Source: Leucoraja ocellata (taxonomy: Eukaryota). Taken from it: DNA of 64,000 nt. Numbering within the stretch: the first letter of the stretch is position 1; each line of letters starts with the position of its first letter. The stretch is taken from assembly GCA_036785375.1 (NCBI GenBank), contig JAWMAR010000019.1, positions 2,914,001 to 2,978,000 of the forward strand, written 5' to 3'. The notes beneath the pieces were generated by a model that had not been told where the DNA came from, did not search any database, and saw only the letters and a list, made by a program, of their open reading frames with translations. Shown here in pieces: positions 51,221 to 64,000 of the stretch. A program made the translations under genes and the position numbers.

Positions 51221-52954
51221 TGTTGTAGCTTGCTTTATTTTGTAAATTTAAATTGCTATGCGGTTTTTAGACCTCAGGTGGTACGACGCTTTCTACATTT
51301 GAAAAGTCACAACCAGTTCCTCAATAATAACCTCAGGCAAGTACATCGATAGGAAAGATTGAAAGGGATACATGCCAAATTCAGGCAAATGGCATGTTCA
51401 GATAGGCATGTTGTTCAGCATGTTGGGCCAAAGGGCCTTCCATACTGTACGACTCCATTACTCGGCAATTCTGATTGTTTATAGACCCCTATCTACAAGT
51501 AATATTTGTTCAGTCATTAGCTTTACAAAGTGCAGGCCGTTCAAGTCATGTCTAAGCTTTGATGACAACATTTTTAATTTGAGCAATTGAGTTAACAAAT
51601 AAGAGAAGTGAATGGAAGGTAAGTTCCACCAACAAAACATCATTCTGAAATATTGAGCTTTGGAAACATGTTAAACTCAGTCAGAAGACCAAAGTAGAGA
51701 AGTGATTTAAAATATGTTTATACAGTGGTGGTGACAGAAGGGATACATATTTTATCCAATAGGGGTTAAAAGTTCGTCCTTCAAATCTTTGTCATCATTT
51801 TCTTTGGTGAATGCCTTTCAAATCTCGTTTGTTTCAATGAGATGATTGATTGCCAATTATGATACCAATGGAATGGAATTCAAACCATTCAATATTAATA
51901 CACCAATGAAAAAATAGAACTATTGACATTGCTAACAATCAAAAATAATTAGTCTGATGAAAGATAATCAGTTTGATATGTTAATCCATTTCTCACTTCA
52001 CAGATGCTGCTTGACCTACTGGATATTTCCAACTTTTTCAAATTTTATTTATTCAGATATTGATTTATTTACAATAACTATCAAGGGCCTGCTTTGTATT
52101 TTCAGCAGTATGGTATATTGAAACAACAAATAACTCTAGGATTTGGGAAAGATTATTTTGATAAAAATGTACTTGTACAATTGATTCACATTTTATCTGG
52201 TACATGGTAACTTTAATGGTACAGAGTTTCCAGTTAGCAATAGTCTAGTTAGCTAAAGAGGTGTGTGAGTATTAAATAATCCAGGCCCTTTTGTGAAGTC
52301 TGATCCTACATGTTTTTTTCTTTGAGACTAATACATTTAGCAATTGCATTAATATTACATTTCAAATCTGTCTATTACTGAGGCAATAACCAAAGACCAA
52401 TTCACTCAACAACTTCTCACATTAAAGCATTTATTGGTCAATTGGTTCCTGCTCCACTGGGTGACCTATAACTCAATAAGATCAAGAAAATTGCCTATTG
52501 CTTCATTATAACCACCTTGTGTAAAATATATCTAAAATGATTAAAATAATACAGCTGAAAAATTCAATGATAGCAGAGTAAGCTTGTTGTCCAGTGGCAG
52601 GGAGCGACTTGAATTCAACCTATTGCTTTCATCATTTGGACACGTATTCAACATGCGACCAGGCGTTATCTCAAGATGGAAGTGAATCGAAAAAGGCAAA
52701 GTAGCTGTCACATTTAGAAGCTTGCACATTCTTGACCTTGTACCCATCTCCCACCTAGTGTTGATCTCCAAATCCATTTAAAGTGTTCAGACTCATTCCA
52801 CAACTCTTTGTTTGGATTCACCTTTTCGCCCTCTGGCTTTAAAGTGTTTGCACTAAATTCAAACTATTTAAATTACATACAGTTTACATCATTCCTATTA
52901 TACTAAATTTATTTCTACGACAGTGCAAAGTGAAAGCAAACAACATTTGGAGTT

Positions 52955-53062
52955 TAAGAGGGAACTGCAGATGCTGGAGAATCGAAGGTTACACAGAAAA
53001 GCTGGAGAAACTCAGCGGGTGCAGCAGCATCTATGGAGCGAAGGAAAAAGGAGTTCATTTGG
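52955..53062 (-). mobile_element. PLE terminal-repeat fragment (50930-type subfamily), 13-bp TSD
   Basis: ggagaaactcagcgg..gcagcatctatggagcgaagga is the reverse complement of 50932-50975. aacatttggagtt at 52942-52954 and 53063-53075. Confidence 0.85.
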
Positions 53063-55139
53063 AACATTTGGAGTTCTTTTTCATTTATGTGAACGTCACT
53101 TATCTATTTTTGACAATCACATGGCCATTTGAGAGGACAGTTAAGAGTCAACAACACTTACAGCACCAGAGTAACAGATGTACGTCCTTGACGTTACTAA
53201 GCCTGGTGTTTCTTTTTCAACTATTCAATAGTTTCAAAGTCGCCAATATTGACATTGTATTCCAGATTTATTTCATTGCTTGAACTTATACTTCCAAGCT
53301 ACCGTGGGGATCTGAATTCAAATACCCTAACTAGTAGGCAAAGTGTCCAGATGTTAATCAGGTAATTCTAACACAATACTACTCCATCACATGGCAAGCA
53401 GAGATCATAGGAGACACCACTGATAAAATGAATAATGTAAAAGAAACACATTAATTGCCCTCAAACAAACTTAAATTTATTGGAAATAAATCACAATTTT
53501 AGACCCAAAGGTCACGATAGGTCATTAGATCAGTTGTTTGCATCTTTGCCTGCAAGCAATACCTGACACTTTATCTGAACTCTCTGTGTAAGGCATCTCA
53601 TTTATTCTCTGGCACAGCTGGTGGTACACCCTTCCCAGTGAGAGGAAGCAATGAATATCTTGCCATCACAACCAGTCAAGTGTATAGAACAAAAAGAAAA
53701 TGAACCAAAAGACCAAAAATTAGATTTTTCTCACTTAATAAATGTGTTGAACCATTATTGCATGGAAAGCAAATTTGCTGCACTGTACCATACCCTATAC
53801 CTGTTTCTCCTCCTTTCATGCAGGCATACAACACAGCAACCTACCATGGTAATAATCAATGCTGCATTCAAGTAAATCTCTGAGCTGACACTTCAACTCT
53901 CACATCCGAAATTCAACTTTACTTGCTAATACTGTCTTGTGATTCAATTCCTTTAAGCCATAATTTAGCTTATAAGCACATTTTTAAATAACTCAGTTTA
54001 GAAAATGGCTTATACTGCACATGTTTTAGAGGTGCATAATGGACGGCAAACTCTGCTGAGGCGAGCATTCGGCACTGGGAGAGCTGCATCCAGCAGCAAG
54101 ACAGATAAAGACACTTCAGGGGCATGACAGGGCTTCAGGAATATACGATTTAGTCCGTGGACCTTAAAGGAGTTGTTGGAATTCTCCACGATAAAAGGTC
54201 AAGTTTGTTTTTAACAAACTTAACTCTCCTGAGATTGCCTGCCCTCTCCCAGGACCTATGCGAGGTCCGCTGATGATGATACGTCAGGGAACAATTCAAT
54301 GTGCCTGGAGCAACTTGAGGACAGGTGCAGAGCATTAGAGACTGGAAGAAATGATAGCTTCGACAATTTTGATTTCTGGGCTCACATATCCATTCTTTTC
54401 AAGACACCTACCTACCTATCAATGATCTGATTTTGAATATGACTTGGGATGCCAGACATTGGATATTCTTGATCCCTTTGTTTACTCAGTTGTGAAAAAT
54501 ATTAAAAAAAAATAATTGGCAACTAAAATTACGAGGGAATTTTTAAAAAATGATGAAAAATAGAAATGCAGTCTATTAGTTCATCAAAGGGTGATGTACC
54601 ATGAAAATGACAGGGTGGTGATTTGTACCCTCACTTCATTAGATGGTGCATCCGTGAGTTCACCTTAGCAATCATGGCAAGGTAGCTAGTTGGGGAGAAC
54701 TGGCCTCCCAAAAAGAAGAGGAAAATAGATAGAAAGCCACCTTCTGGCATATAACCACTCCATTCTTTCAACAGGGAATTGTTTATGGTATTAAGAAAAT
54801 AAAGTGATATGAAGCGGCGGCAAAAGCAAAATTTTAAAGAAAACAGAAAAAACAAGGCTAAAATATAAAGAAAAAAGAATGTGCCGAATTATGAGGGTCT
54901 TGGACAGAATACATAGTCCTGAGTAAATAGGAATCATCCTCAATCAGAAGAAAGATTACGACGAAGAGGGAGAAATAAGGAAAGAAATGGAAGCAGATGT
55001 AGAACAAGTTGAGAAGGGGGAAGAAGGAGAGGATGAAGTTGTGTGGAAGTAAGTCTTCCCCACACCTAAGGGTCTGCTAATGAATATTACTACTAATACT
55101 ACTCCAACTACTACTACTACTATATTTGTATAAGGCGGC

Positions 55140-55310
55140 GATTTTTAAGGCAGGGATAGATGCAGATTCTTGATTAGTACAGGTGTCAGAGATTATGGGG
55201 AGAAGGCAGGAGAATGGGGTTAGGTAGGAGAGGTAGATTAGCCATGATTGAATGGTGTAGACTTGATGAGCCGAATAGCATAATTCTGCTCCTATCACTT
55301 ATGACATGAC
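55140..55310 (+). mobile_element. CR1 3' tail fragment
   Basis: tttaaggcagggataga...tatggggagaaggcaggagaatggggt...agccatgattgaatgg. Confidence 0.8.
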
Positions 55311-55319
55311 TAAATAACA

Positions 55320-55351
55320 CTACTATTATTACTACTATTACTATTACTATT

Positions 55352-55416
<65 letters not shown>

Positions 55417-55443
55417 ATAATAATAATAATAATCATCATCATA
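55320..55443. repeat. Compound (CTA)n/(TAA)n/(TCA)n microsatellite
   Basis: Direct reading; source of the poly-Ser ORF 55347..55616. Confidence 0.95.
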
Positions 55444-56436
55444 ATATTAATAATAGTGACTGAAAGATCATAACAGCTTTGGAAGGTGTAATTAAGTTTG
55501 GTATCTGCACCTTGACCAGCACAGCCATGATGGACTAACATCCTTCTGTGTTCACACACAAATACAATAGGGATAAGATTACCAGTACTGAAAGGCATGC
55601 CACAACTCTTAAACAAGCTGCTGTTTGTGCATTAGCACAGATGTATGTTTTCTGTGTGAAGTGTTTTTTACAGGGGTTTAAGAGGCTACTGTGTGGATTG
55701 CATCTAACAGCGTCATAACGTGGCTCTGCTCCAGAGAAAAGTAACAGCCAGTTCCAGCCTCATTTACATCATAGCTTTAAATTTTGATTCATTCCAAATC
55801 TGTAACTGTTCCAAATCAAAACATAAATGGCTAAAATTTGCAAATTACTTTACGTTGATGTCGATTTGATTGAAATGTTGCTACTTGCCAGATTAAAGTC
55901 AGACCTGATACAAATGGATTTCACTCTAATGGCATTTAACAGTCTGATCTGAGTTGCTGTTCATCTATTCCCAGAAGCAAGTCATGGCATACATTTCACA
56001 CCTGACATCTGATATTCTTCACTATATTTTCTTGTTTAAGGCAACAGTAATTTAAACAGTTTAGTAGTATTAGATTCAATTGTGATGGCTGAATTCAAAA
56101 CTGGAACCAGTTGAAATCATATGTAGCATACGAGAACAATACCTAGTGAGAGGAAATGACAAAATCCAGACCTGCATCAGGCTGCCGCATAATGACAGAA
56201 TTCTGTCTGTTTGTGGAAAGGCACAGGGTATCGTTTACCCAAGGTGGAGTGAAACAGCAACTTGAAGATAAGTTGGTGTTCAAGATTCAAGATTCAAGAG
56301 AGTTTATTGTCATATGTCCCAGATAGGACAATGAAATTCTTGCTTTGCTTCAGCACAACAGAATATAGTAGGCATAAATAAATACAGAACAGATCAATGT
56401 GACCAGTGAGAGGCATTCCAGGGAGAGAAGCATGTT

Positions 56437-56535
56437 CTGAAGAATGGTCTCGACCCTAAACTTCATCTATTCCTTTTCTCCAGAGATGCTGTCTGACCTG
56501 TTGAGTTATTTCAGCTTTTTGTGTCTATCTTCAGA
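56437..56535 (+). mobile_element. PLE terminal-repeat fragment with degenerate core
   Basis: CTGAAGAATGGTCTCGACCCTAAAC followed by the family body. Confidence 0.8.
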
Positions 56536-56929
56536 GCAAACCTGCCCTCAATAAATGAATGAAGGACGCCAGCAAGGACTTGATGGGCTGAATGGCTTTC
56601 TTTTATATTGTAAGGACATATGGACATAGGAAAAAATTGCACCTGTCTTCGCCAAAGTAGGATCGATATGGCCATTGACTTAAGTGAGAAAGAATGTTGA
56701 AGTTTCAGAAATGATAAACAAAGAAAGCGAGAACATATTGTAGAAATTAACATCCCATTTATCAGCTGACAGTGTGGAAGGAAATTCCAGGCTGAAGTAT
56801 GTTACAAATGGGCCGGTTACGTGGCCACACGAGTGGCAAGTGAATTCAACAAAAGATGTCAAACTCTGCATTTTAATCAAAGAACAAACATGATACCTGC
56901 CATAATGTCATAAGATCATGTTGCACAGA

Positions 56930-57170
56930 AACACCACAGAAATTATCAATTTAATTCATTTCAACAATATTACCTTGAAATTCAAGTGGTCATCTAGATA
57001 TTTCATAACAACTGTGAAGGTACCAGCTTTTACATCCCATTCAGATAATATGTTGCAGATTCTAATCACCTCTTGGGTAAAAATCCTAAGATCCCTTCTA
57101 ATTCTCTTCCTCTTTACCCTAAACATATGTCCTCCAGTTTTGGGGGAAAATGTTCCTACTATCAAGCTTT
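56930..57170 (-). mobile_element. Degenerate CR1 3' fragment
   Basis: ORF 56956..57165 KTGGHMFRVK..FTQEVIRICNIL..KYLD. Confidence 0.65.
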
Positions 57171-57399
57171 AACGACACATGTGAGACTTGCTTTGCCATC
57201 GGTTAAGGAAGACTTGCCTCCTGTCTTGGAGCCAGCGTTGGGAATTCTCTCAAAGTAGAAATTTAAATTATATACATATCTCGAAATGATTCTTCCTTAA
57301 ATCATGCTCCCTCCCAACGCATAATCTAAGTCTTCTTCCATTCTGGGATTATCTCCTGTCATCAGGACCAATGAACCAGCCCCACAACCTGGGGACACC

Positions 57400-57580
57400 A
57401 CAGACTGCAGATACTGTCATCTGTAGCAAAAAAAAACAAAAAACTGCTGAGGAACTCAACGGGTAAGGCAGCATTTGTGGAGGCAAGGAGATGCTCTACA
57501 TTCCTAGAATTCCTCAACCATCCCTCTGCATCCACAACTACTATTCAACCCATTGAGTTCCTCAGGCAGTTTGCTTTTGG
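57400..57580. mobile_element. Old fold-back PLE-derived element
   Basis: aactgctgaggaactcaa / ttgagttcctcaggcagtt inverted arms. Confidence 0.7.
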
Positions 57581-58099
57581 CTCTGGACCTATGACCTTGT
57601 TCCCTTTCGGTGCTCTGCAATAGCAGGCTATTTTTAGGCTTGGGTACTGAAGAACTTTGAAGCAGCAAACCCTTGAAAAAAATATTATCTCTCCATCCAT
57701 ATACCATCAGTTGCATGTACCTTTGCACACACCATTGTGTGCTCATTTACTGTAATCATTTATAATGCACATTGAGCCAGATTGTACCTACCTGCATCTG
57801 GCAGTACTTGTAACAATTTACGTGTGTTCCAGTTGACATCAGTGCTCCATCAGGAGGGCATGCCAAATTACATGCATTGTGTGACTAATGAATGAAGTCT
57901 GGAATGAAGCTAAATTTGAAATGCACCCAGGCAATCTGCTTGTGCCTAACAGATTTAATATTAAGTGTTTTTAATGTTATACAGAAGCTGAAATTGTCAC
58001 CTGCTATCATCTGACATCAATAATAGCAGTCCAGAAGGGGAGCTTTATTTATTCTGGTAATCCATCTTCTGCCAGGCAGCATGTGAATTATAGTATAAC

Positions 58100-59110
58100 T
58101 CAGGTCCCGACTGTTCTACTTGTACTCCTAGATCTCTCTGCTCTACCATACTCCCCAGAACCCCACCATTTACTGTGAAGGTCCTGCCATGGTCTAACTA
58201 GCCCAAATGCAATATCTCACACATATCTGAATCCAATTCCTTTTGACATTCCTCAGCCTACTTTCCCAGCACATAGAATCATATAGTCCTAGAGTGATAC
58301 AGAGTGGAAACAGTCGGCCGACATGTTCCAGTTACACTACTCCACCCTGCCTGCGCTTGGTCCATATCCCTCCAAACCTGTCCTATCCATGTACCTGTCT
58401 AACTGTTTCTTAAATGATGGGATAGTCCCAGCCTCAACTACCTCCTCTGGCAGGTTTTTTCCATACACCCACTGTGTGGATAAAGTTACCCCTCGGATTC
58501 CTATTAAATCTTTTCCCCTTCACCTTGAACCTTTGTCCTCTGGTATTAGATTTCCCTATTCTGGACAAGAGACTGTGCATCTACCCAATCTATTCCTCTC
58601 ATGATTTTGTATACCTCTATAAGATCACCCCTCATCCTCTTGCACTTCAGGAGACCCAGCCTACTCATCCCTATAGCTCACACCCTCTAGTCCTGGCAAC
58701 ATCCTCGTAAATCTTTTCTGAACCCTTTCAAGCTTGACAATATATTTCCTATAACATGTACCAAGAACTGAACACAATATTCTAAATGCGGTTTCAAAAA
58801 CGTCTTATACAACTGCAACATGATCTCCCAAATTCTACACTCAACACTCTAACTGATGAAGGCCAATGTGCCAAAAGCTTTTTTGACCACTTAATCTACC
58901 TGCGACTCGACCTTCAAAGAACCATGCACCTGCATTCCTAGATCATTAGCTAATCAAGATCCCACTGTATGTCTTGATAAACATATTCTCAGTCTACCAT
59001 ACCACCTATTTTAGTGTAATCTGCAAACGTACAAATCTTGCCTTGTCCATTCTCATCCAAGTCGTCAATATAGATAACAAACAGCAATGAGCCTAACACA
59101 GATCCCTGAG
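58100..59110 (-). mobile_element. Nested CR1 fragments (younger copy about 58271-58945 inside an older RT fragment)
   Basis: The inner copy is homologous to 11953-12410. The outer copy reads through cccagc|taatcaagatccc. Confidence 0.85.
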
Positions 59111-59199
59111 GCTCACAACTACTGCTGTACTTAAACTTCAAGTCATCACTTTCAGAATGTCAATGCAACCTCCAGCCAGCTGTTGGATCTTTTGAAACA

Positions 59200-59485
59200 A
59201 TGAACCATAGATTCTGGTTTACCAAATAAGACACAGGTTGCTGGAATAGTCCAGAGACCAGGCAGCATCTCAGGAGAACATGGATAGGCACGTTTCGAGT
59301 TGGGTCAGACCCAAAACGTCACCCAGTCATGTCCTCCTGAGGTACTGCCTGAACTGCTGAGCTAATCCAGCTGTCAATGTCTCCTAAGATAGACACGAAA
59401 AGCTGGAGTAACTCAGCGGGACAGGCAGCATCTCTGGAGAGAAGGAATGGGTTACATTTTGGGTCGAGACCCTTCTTCAGACTGG
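59200..59485. mobile_element. Fold-back PLE element (about 59200-59385) plus an adjacent younger minus-strand terminal-repeat copy (59387-59484)
   Basis: Inverted caggcagcatctcaggag / ctcctgaggtactgcctg. The second copy ends gggtcgagacccttcttcagact. Confidence 0.82.
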
Positions 59486-59987
59486 TCGCCTATTGACTTA
59501 ATGCCTTGGTTCCCCACTCTTCACTCTTACCATGGATGATGTTGGGAGTCAGGCAGCAATGTGCAGCAAGGCGTCAGTGATGCGTGGACTTCAGCCAGTG
59601 TGTTGCCAAGGTGACCCCTCTGGAATACACTGACCTGCTTTGACAGTAGACTTAAGTATGGGACGAGCCTGGCCTCTGCCAAAGCCTCTTTTATAGTTTT
59701 CAATGGTCTCTGATTTGTGAATGGTTTTAAAACAATAAAACATTTAAAATAACTACTAATATATACATATGACAGTTTATAATAGTGATATTAAAATATT
59801 TATAAATCATCAAGAACAATAAACTGGAACAAAACTGGTTAAACGTCATGGGATTTACTTGCATGAGCACTTTCACATCACTTTGGAACCTTTAGCCACA
59901 TCCAATACCACAGGAAAAATCTCATTCAGAAACTGTCTTTAACTTATCAAAAGTGAATTGCGAGATTTCTTACGTTCATTTTCAAAC

Positions 59988-61150
59988 AATGGACTTAAGC
60001 AAGGTCGTTGATAAGGTTCCACAAGGCAGGCTGCTCTGGAAGGTTAAATCACATGGCATGAAGGGAGACCAAGCTTAATAGATACCGGATTGGCTTCATG
60101 ATTAGAAGCAGATAGTGGTGTGTGGATGGTTCAGTCTAGAGACCTGTGACTAGTGGTGTGCCTCAGGCATCAGCACTGGGCTCATTCCAAGCCTATATCA
60201 ACGACTGGGATGAGAATGTCCAAGGCAAGATTTGTAAGTTTGCGAATGATACTAAAATAGGTGGTATTGCAGACAGTGAAGATGTTTATCAGGAATTGCA
60301 GTATGATTTTGATTAGCTGGGGCAAGTAGGCCGAGTCATGGCAAATGGAGCTTAATTCAGATATCTGTATTTGTGCAAGTCAAACCACGGCAGGACCTTG
60401 ATAGTGAATGATAAGTCCTGGGGAGTTTTGTATAGCAGATGAATCTAGGAGTACAAGTATATAGGTTCCTGAAAGTGGCATTGCAGGTGTATTATTCCTT
60501 GAAAATGGTGTTGCAGTTGAAGAAGGCTTTTGGCAGACTGGCCTTCATCAGTCAGCATACCGAGTCTAAAAGTTGGGACCTTATGTTATAGTTATACAGG
60601 ACATAGGCCACAATTGTATTTTGGTGTTCAATTTTGGTCACCCTGCTGCATAATATATCAATTAATATAGAAATAGTGCAGAAAAGTTTTACAAGGATGT
60701 TGCCAAGACATGAGGGCCGTTGCTACAGAGAAAAATTGGGTAAGCTAGAGCACAAAAGGCTGAGGGATGATCTTATAGATACCAATGAAATCATAAGGGG
60801 AATTGATAGGGTGAATGCACAAAATCTTTTTCCCTAGATAGTGGAATCAAGAATTAGAGGGTATAGGTTTAAGTTTGGAAGGGAAATATTTAATGGGAAC
60901 ATGAGAGCAACTTTTTCACTCAGAGGCTGGTGGGTATATGGAACGAGCTGCCAGAGGAGTTAGTTGAGGCAAGTACATTAATACCATTTGCAAAACATTT
61001 GGACAGGTACATGTATAGGAAATGTTTAAAAGAATTTGGGCAAATGCGGGTAAATGGGAATAGTGTGGATGGGGCATCTTGGGCAGCGTGGATGAGCTGG
61101 GGCAAAGTGCATGTTTCCATGTTGTATGATTCTGTGTCTGTTTGACCATG
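59988..61150 (+). mobile_element. Degenerate CR1 RT through 3' UTR
   Basis: MDLSKVVDKVP, VTSGVPQ, KFANDTKIGG, VQKSFTRMLP, WNELPEELVEA. Confidence 0.9.
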
Positions 61151-61269
61151 ACTATTTCTTTATTTTTTGTTCTGCATTCTTGTTATCATTGATTGAAAAT
61201 ATTTCTTGGTGGTGAGCAATGTGAAGATCAAATTGTTCCCAGCACATCAAACGGGAAGTTGTGTGGGCA

Positions 61270-61510
61270 TAGCTATGAGGTAAGAGGGGGACATATTTTG
61301 TGCACATAGAGTGGTGGGGACCTGGAACGCACCAATGGTGGAGGAAGATTAGCTTTTAAGAGGCTTTTGGACAGGCACATGGAAGTGCATGGAATAGAGG
61401 GATATGGATCATGTACAGGCACATGAGATCAGTTTAACGGCATCGTATTCGGCACAAACATTATGGGCTGAATGGCCCGTTCCTGTGCTGTACTGTTCTA
61501 TGTTCTATAG
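61270..61510 (+). mobile_element. CR1 3' fragment
   Basis: Ends tgggctgaatggcccgttcctgtgctgtactgttctatgttctat. Confidence 0.8.
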
Positions 61511-64000
61511 TCTATATTCCATGAGTATCCACAATGTCTTCTCATACTTCTTGTGTTTGTCAGCTTCTATTATTTATGTTAAGATTAAAAATGTAATGGT
61601 TTCTAATTAGATGGATAGATGTCAAAATAAATAAATGCAATATGTAAAGAATGTGGTAATAAATAAAGACTGGATTGTCAACAGTTTAAATGTGTTTTCA
61701 TCTAAAACTAAATATTGTTAGAAGTACGTTCCATCTACATAATGTATCATCTGTACAATGTATTAAATGCCTGTAGTGATGTAGATACTAGAATAGATTT
61801 TAACTGAGAATCTCTTTTAGGCAACCTGCAGCTTAACTAAAAGATGAGATCGTAAATCAAGTCCTTCGATTGAGGCACTGTCACTCGATCACCTCAACGA
61901 AAAATTATCTTCTAGTGATTACACACGAAAATGTGTAACATGCAAAAATTTAAATTTCCCATGACATTTTCCCTAATTGGAGATTATTCTATAGTGCAAT
62001 CTGAAAGGATTGTCAGATAAATAGGACAGACATGAGGGCATTAGGTATACACTGTAATGGTGCATTGAAAATGATGAATGGGTTTTCTTTCAAGCTAGTA
62101 GCTACATTGCTGGAACGTTTTACTCTGAAGCTCATGACATTGCATGTTCTGACTGATAGCTGTACTTGATTTTGACTGGATGGGTGAACAATTAGCTAGG
62201 AGTCGGCCAAATAAGGCGAAGAATAGAGGGAAATCTGGTCAGAAATGATCCGCTTACATTTCAAGTGCACCTCCTTGTGAATGGCCAATGGGTCATTTTC
62301 ATTATGTGATCAATGGTGATCAAATGCTTGATTTGCCCTCTCCATTGCCGATAATAAAAAACAAGTTTATGCCAAATTATTACATGGAATTGACAGTTAA
62401 TATTTTTCTTAATAACTACACATCCTAATTATATGATATATATATTTATATATCAATGATCTAGTGTGAGAGCTGCTAAATGCATAACATGATATCATTC
62501 AATACAGCCAAACTTACAGGTCACTAATTTTTTTGATTTGTTTATAACTATAAGTGCTGGGGAAAATGAATAGGCAGAAGGCTAACTAAATAGACAAGTA
62601 AAAGACTCACCAAAGGGATATTGTCTTCTAATTTATGAAGTAATTTGCCCTTCATGGGCCACAGTTTAAGCCACTACTCCGCATTCTGGCATGAAATGGG
62701 CTGTAAAATAGTCCTCCAGTGCAGCAGACAGCCAACTGCTCTTTCAATGCAATTCCTGCCTTAGGCTCTTTGCCGGAGGGGAGGCAAGCGTGTGCTAGAA
62801 CTGATCAACCTGGATCTTTCATTCTTCATTAATTTACCGTTTAACAAATCCCAGTCATTATCAGGGTAAACGGTTGACAGAGCTCAGCAAACGGGAGCAG
62901 TTGGTGTCAGGCGTGGAGAATTGAGCTATTTGATATCGGGGCTTGTTTTATTCAACATCACTCACCAATGTACGCAGATCTATGAATAAATAACAATCGC
63001 ACACGTGTTTGAACTCAGAAACACAACAAAGCCGCTTCAACCATGAAAGCCTTTTGAAAAGAAACAGCCTTGGTTTTCGCTGTGACTGCTTTTCATTTTG
63101 GAACATTATACAACACGGCGTCAATGTCATTTTGTTTATTGCCATCATGAATCGCAGTAAAGTCCTTAGCAAAAATCTAAATTAGTTAATACGGTTAACT
63201 GTACATAGCGTTTGCTTCAGTTAAATTTGATTTGTTCTACGACATGGGTACAAAGTTTTGAAAGTGATATTACATATCTTCAAATGTTGATATTAGACAG
63301 GTAACAATAGACGACAAGATTAAATATGCGTAAAGGTTGAGTTTATTTTTCTAAAGCCCCCGTGCACATTTCATTCCCAGAACATGAACTAAATGTTCCT
63401 GATTTATATTGAAGAAAGTTAATTTCTCTAACATTCACAACTATGATTCTTTGCAATAGACAACTCGATACAAAACAAAAATTGAGAATTTGAGTGAAAA
63501 ATAAAACAAACTGAATGGAACTTCGAGGTGTGTGTTATTTTAACCTCACCTTCCCCAGCGAATAGTATTCAGTTCAACAAAACGGTGTCTTATAACATTT
63601 TGGATTATTTCCAACATTTAAAATATTAATCTTATTTTCAATATGGCCTTGTCTGTTTTATCATCGAATGTTTCCGAGTGGTTTATCTGCAATTGATTGA
63701 AGCTATTGCAATCTTTCACTACCAATATCATTTACAAATATTATTCCCAATTTTAAAAGCAGAATGATTAATTGAAGTCATTTTACCTCGCAAATGTTTA
63801 ACATGAATATATTAAGAATTAAAATGCTGCTTCACCAAAGTATGTATTCTTGGCTGATACAATACTGAATAATATGACTTTGTAAAAAAAAGTTGATTTT
63901 TACTCTTGTGGTTTGAGATTAATGCTGGACTATGTAACCTTTGGAAGAACCGAGTAAAAGGTTAATGAAAAGACTGAACTTCAGCAATCCCTGCTGAACA

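Noticed and set aside
54560-55060. Purine-rich, Glu-rich-looking stretch as a possible exon
   Set aside because: No sustained ORF, convincing splice pair or homology was found.
60160-60168. Perfect AP-2 site GCCTCAGGC
   Set aside because: It lies in the CR1 RT GVPQ codons and is incidental.

Overview
Eukaryotic, AT-rich vertebrate DNA. The repeat content (HE1-type V-SINE, HER1/CR1 LINEs, Rex-Babar LINEs, abundant Penelope-derived repeats) points to a cartilaginous fish, probably a skate or ray; this is an inference. The only host gene is an AP-2 transcription factor on the + strand, best matching TFAP2B. Five coding exons are visible (equivalent to exons 3-7: 4173-4233, 26836-27052, 28262-28380, 31669-31810, 35708-36005), all with GT-AG junctions and consistent phases. 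The earlier exons lie upstream of the window, and a retroelement-free stretch of about 6 kb after the stop is probably the 3' UTR. Most ORFs in the supplied track are spurious or retroelement debris. The most notable non-genic signal is a family of about 20 short Penelope-like (PLE) terminal-repeat derivatives. Many carry a minimal hammerhead-ribozyme core (CTGAAGA-A-GGGTC..GACCC-GAAAC-GTC), several form head-to-head fold-backs, and many have 7-15 bp target-site duplications. Two copies are still attached to GIY-YIG endonuclease remnants. Hammerheads in PLEs are known, so I cannot claim a wholly new system from the sequence alone. Repeat boundaries were read by eye and are approximate unless TSDs are given.
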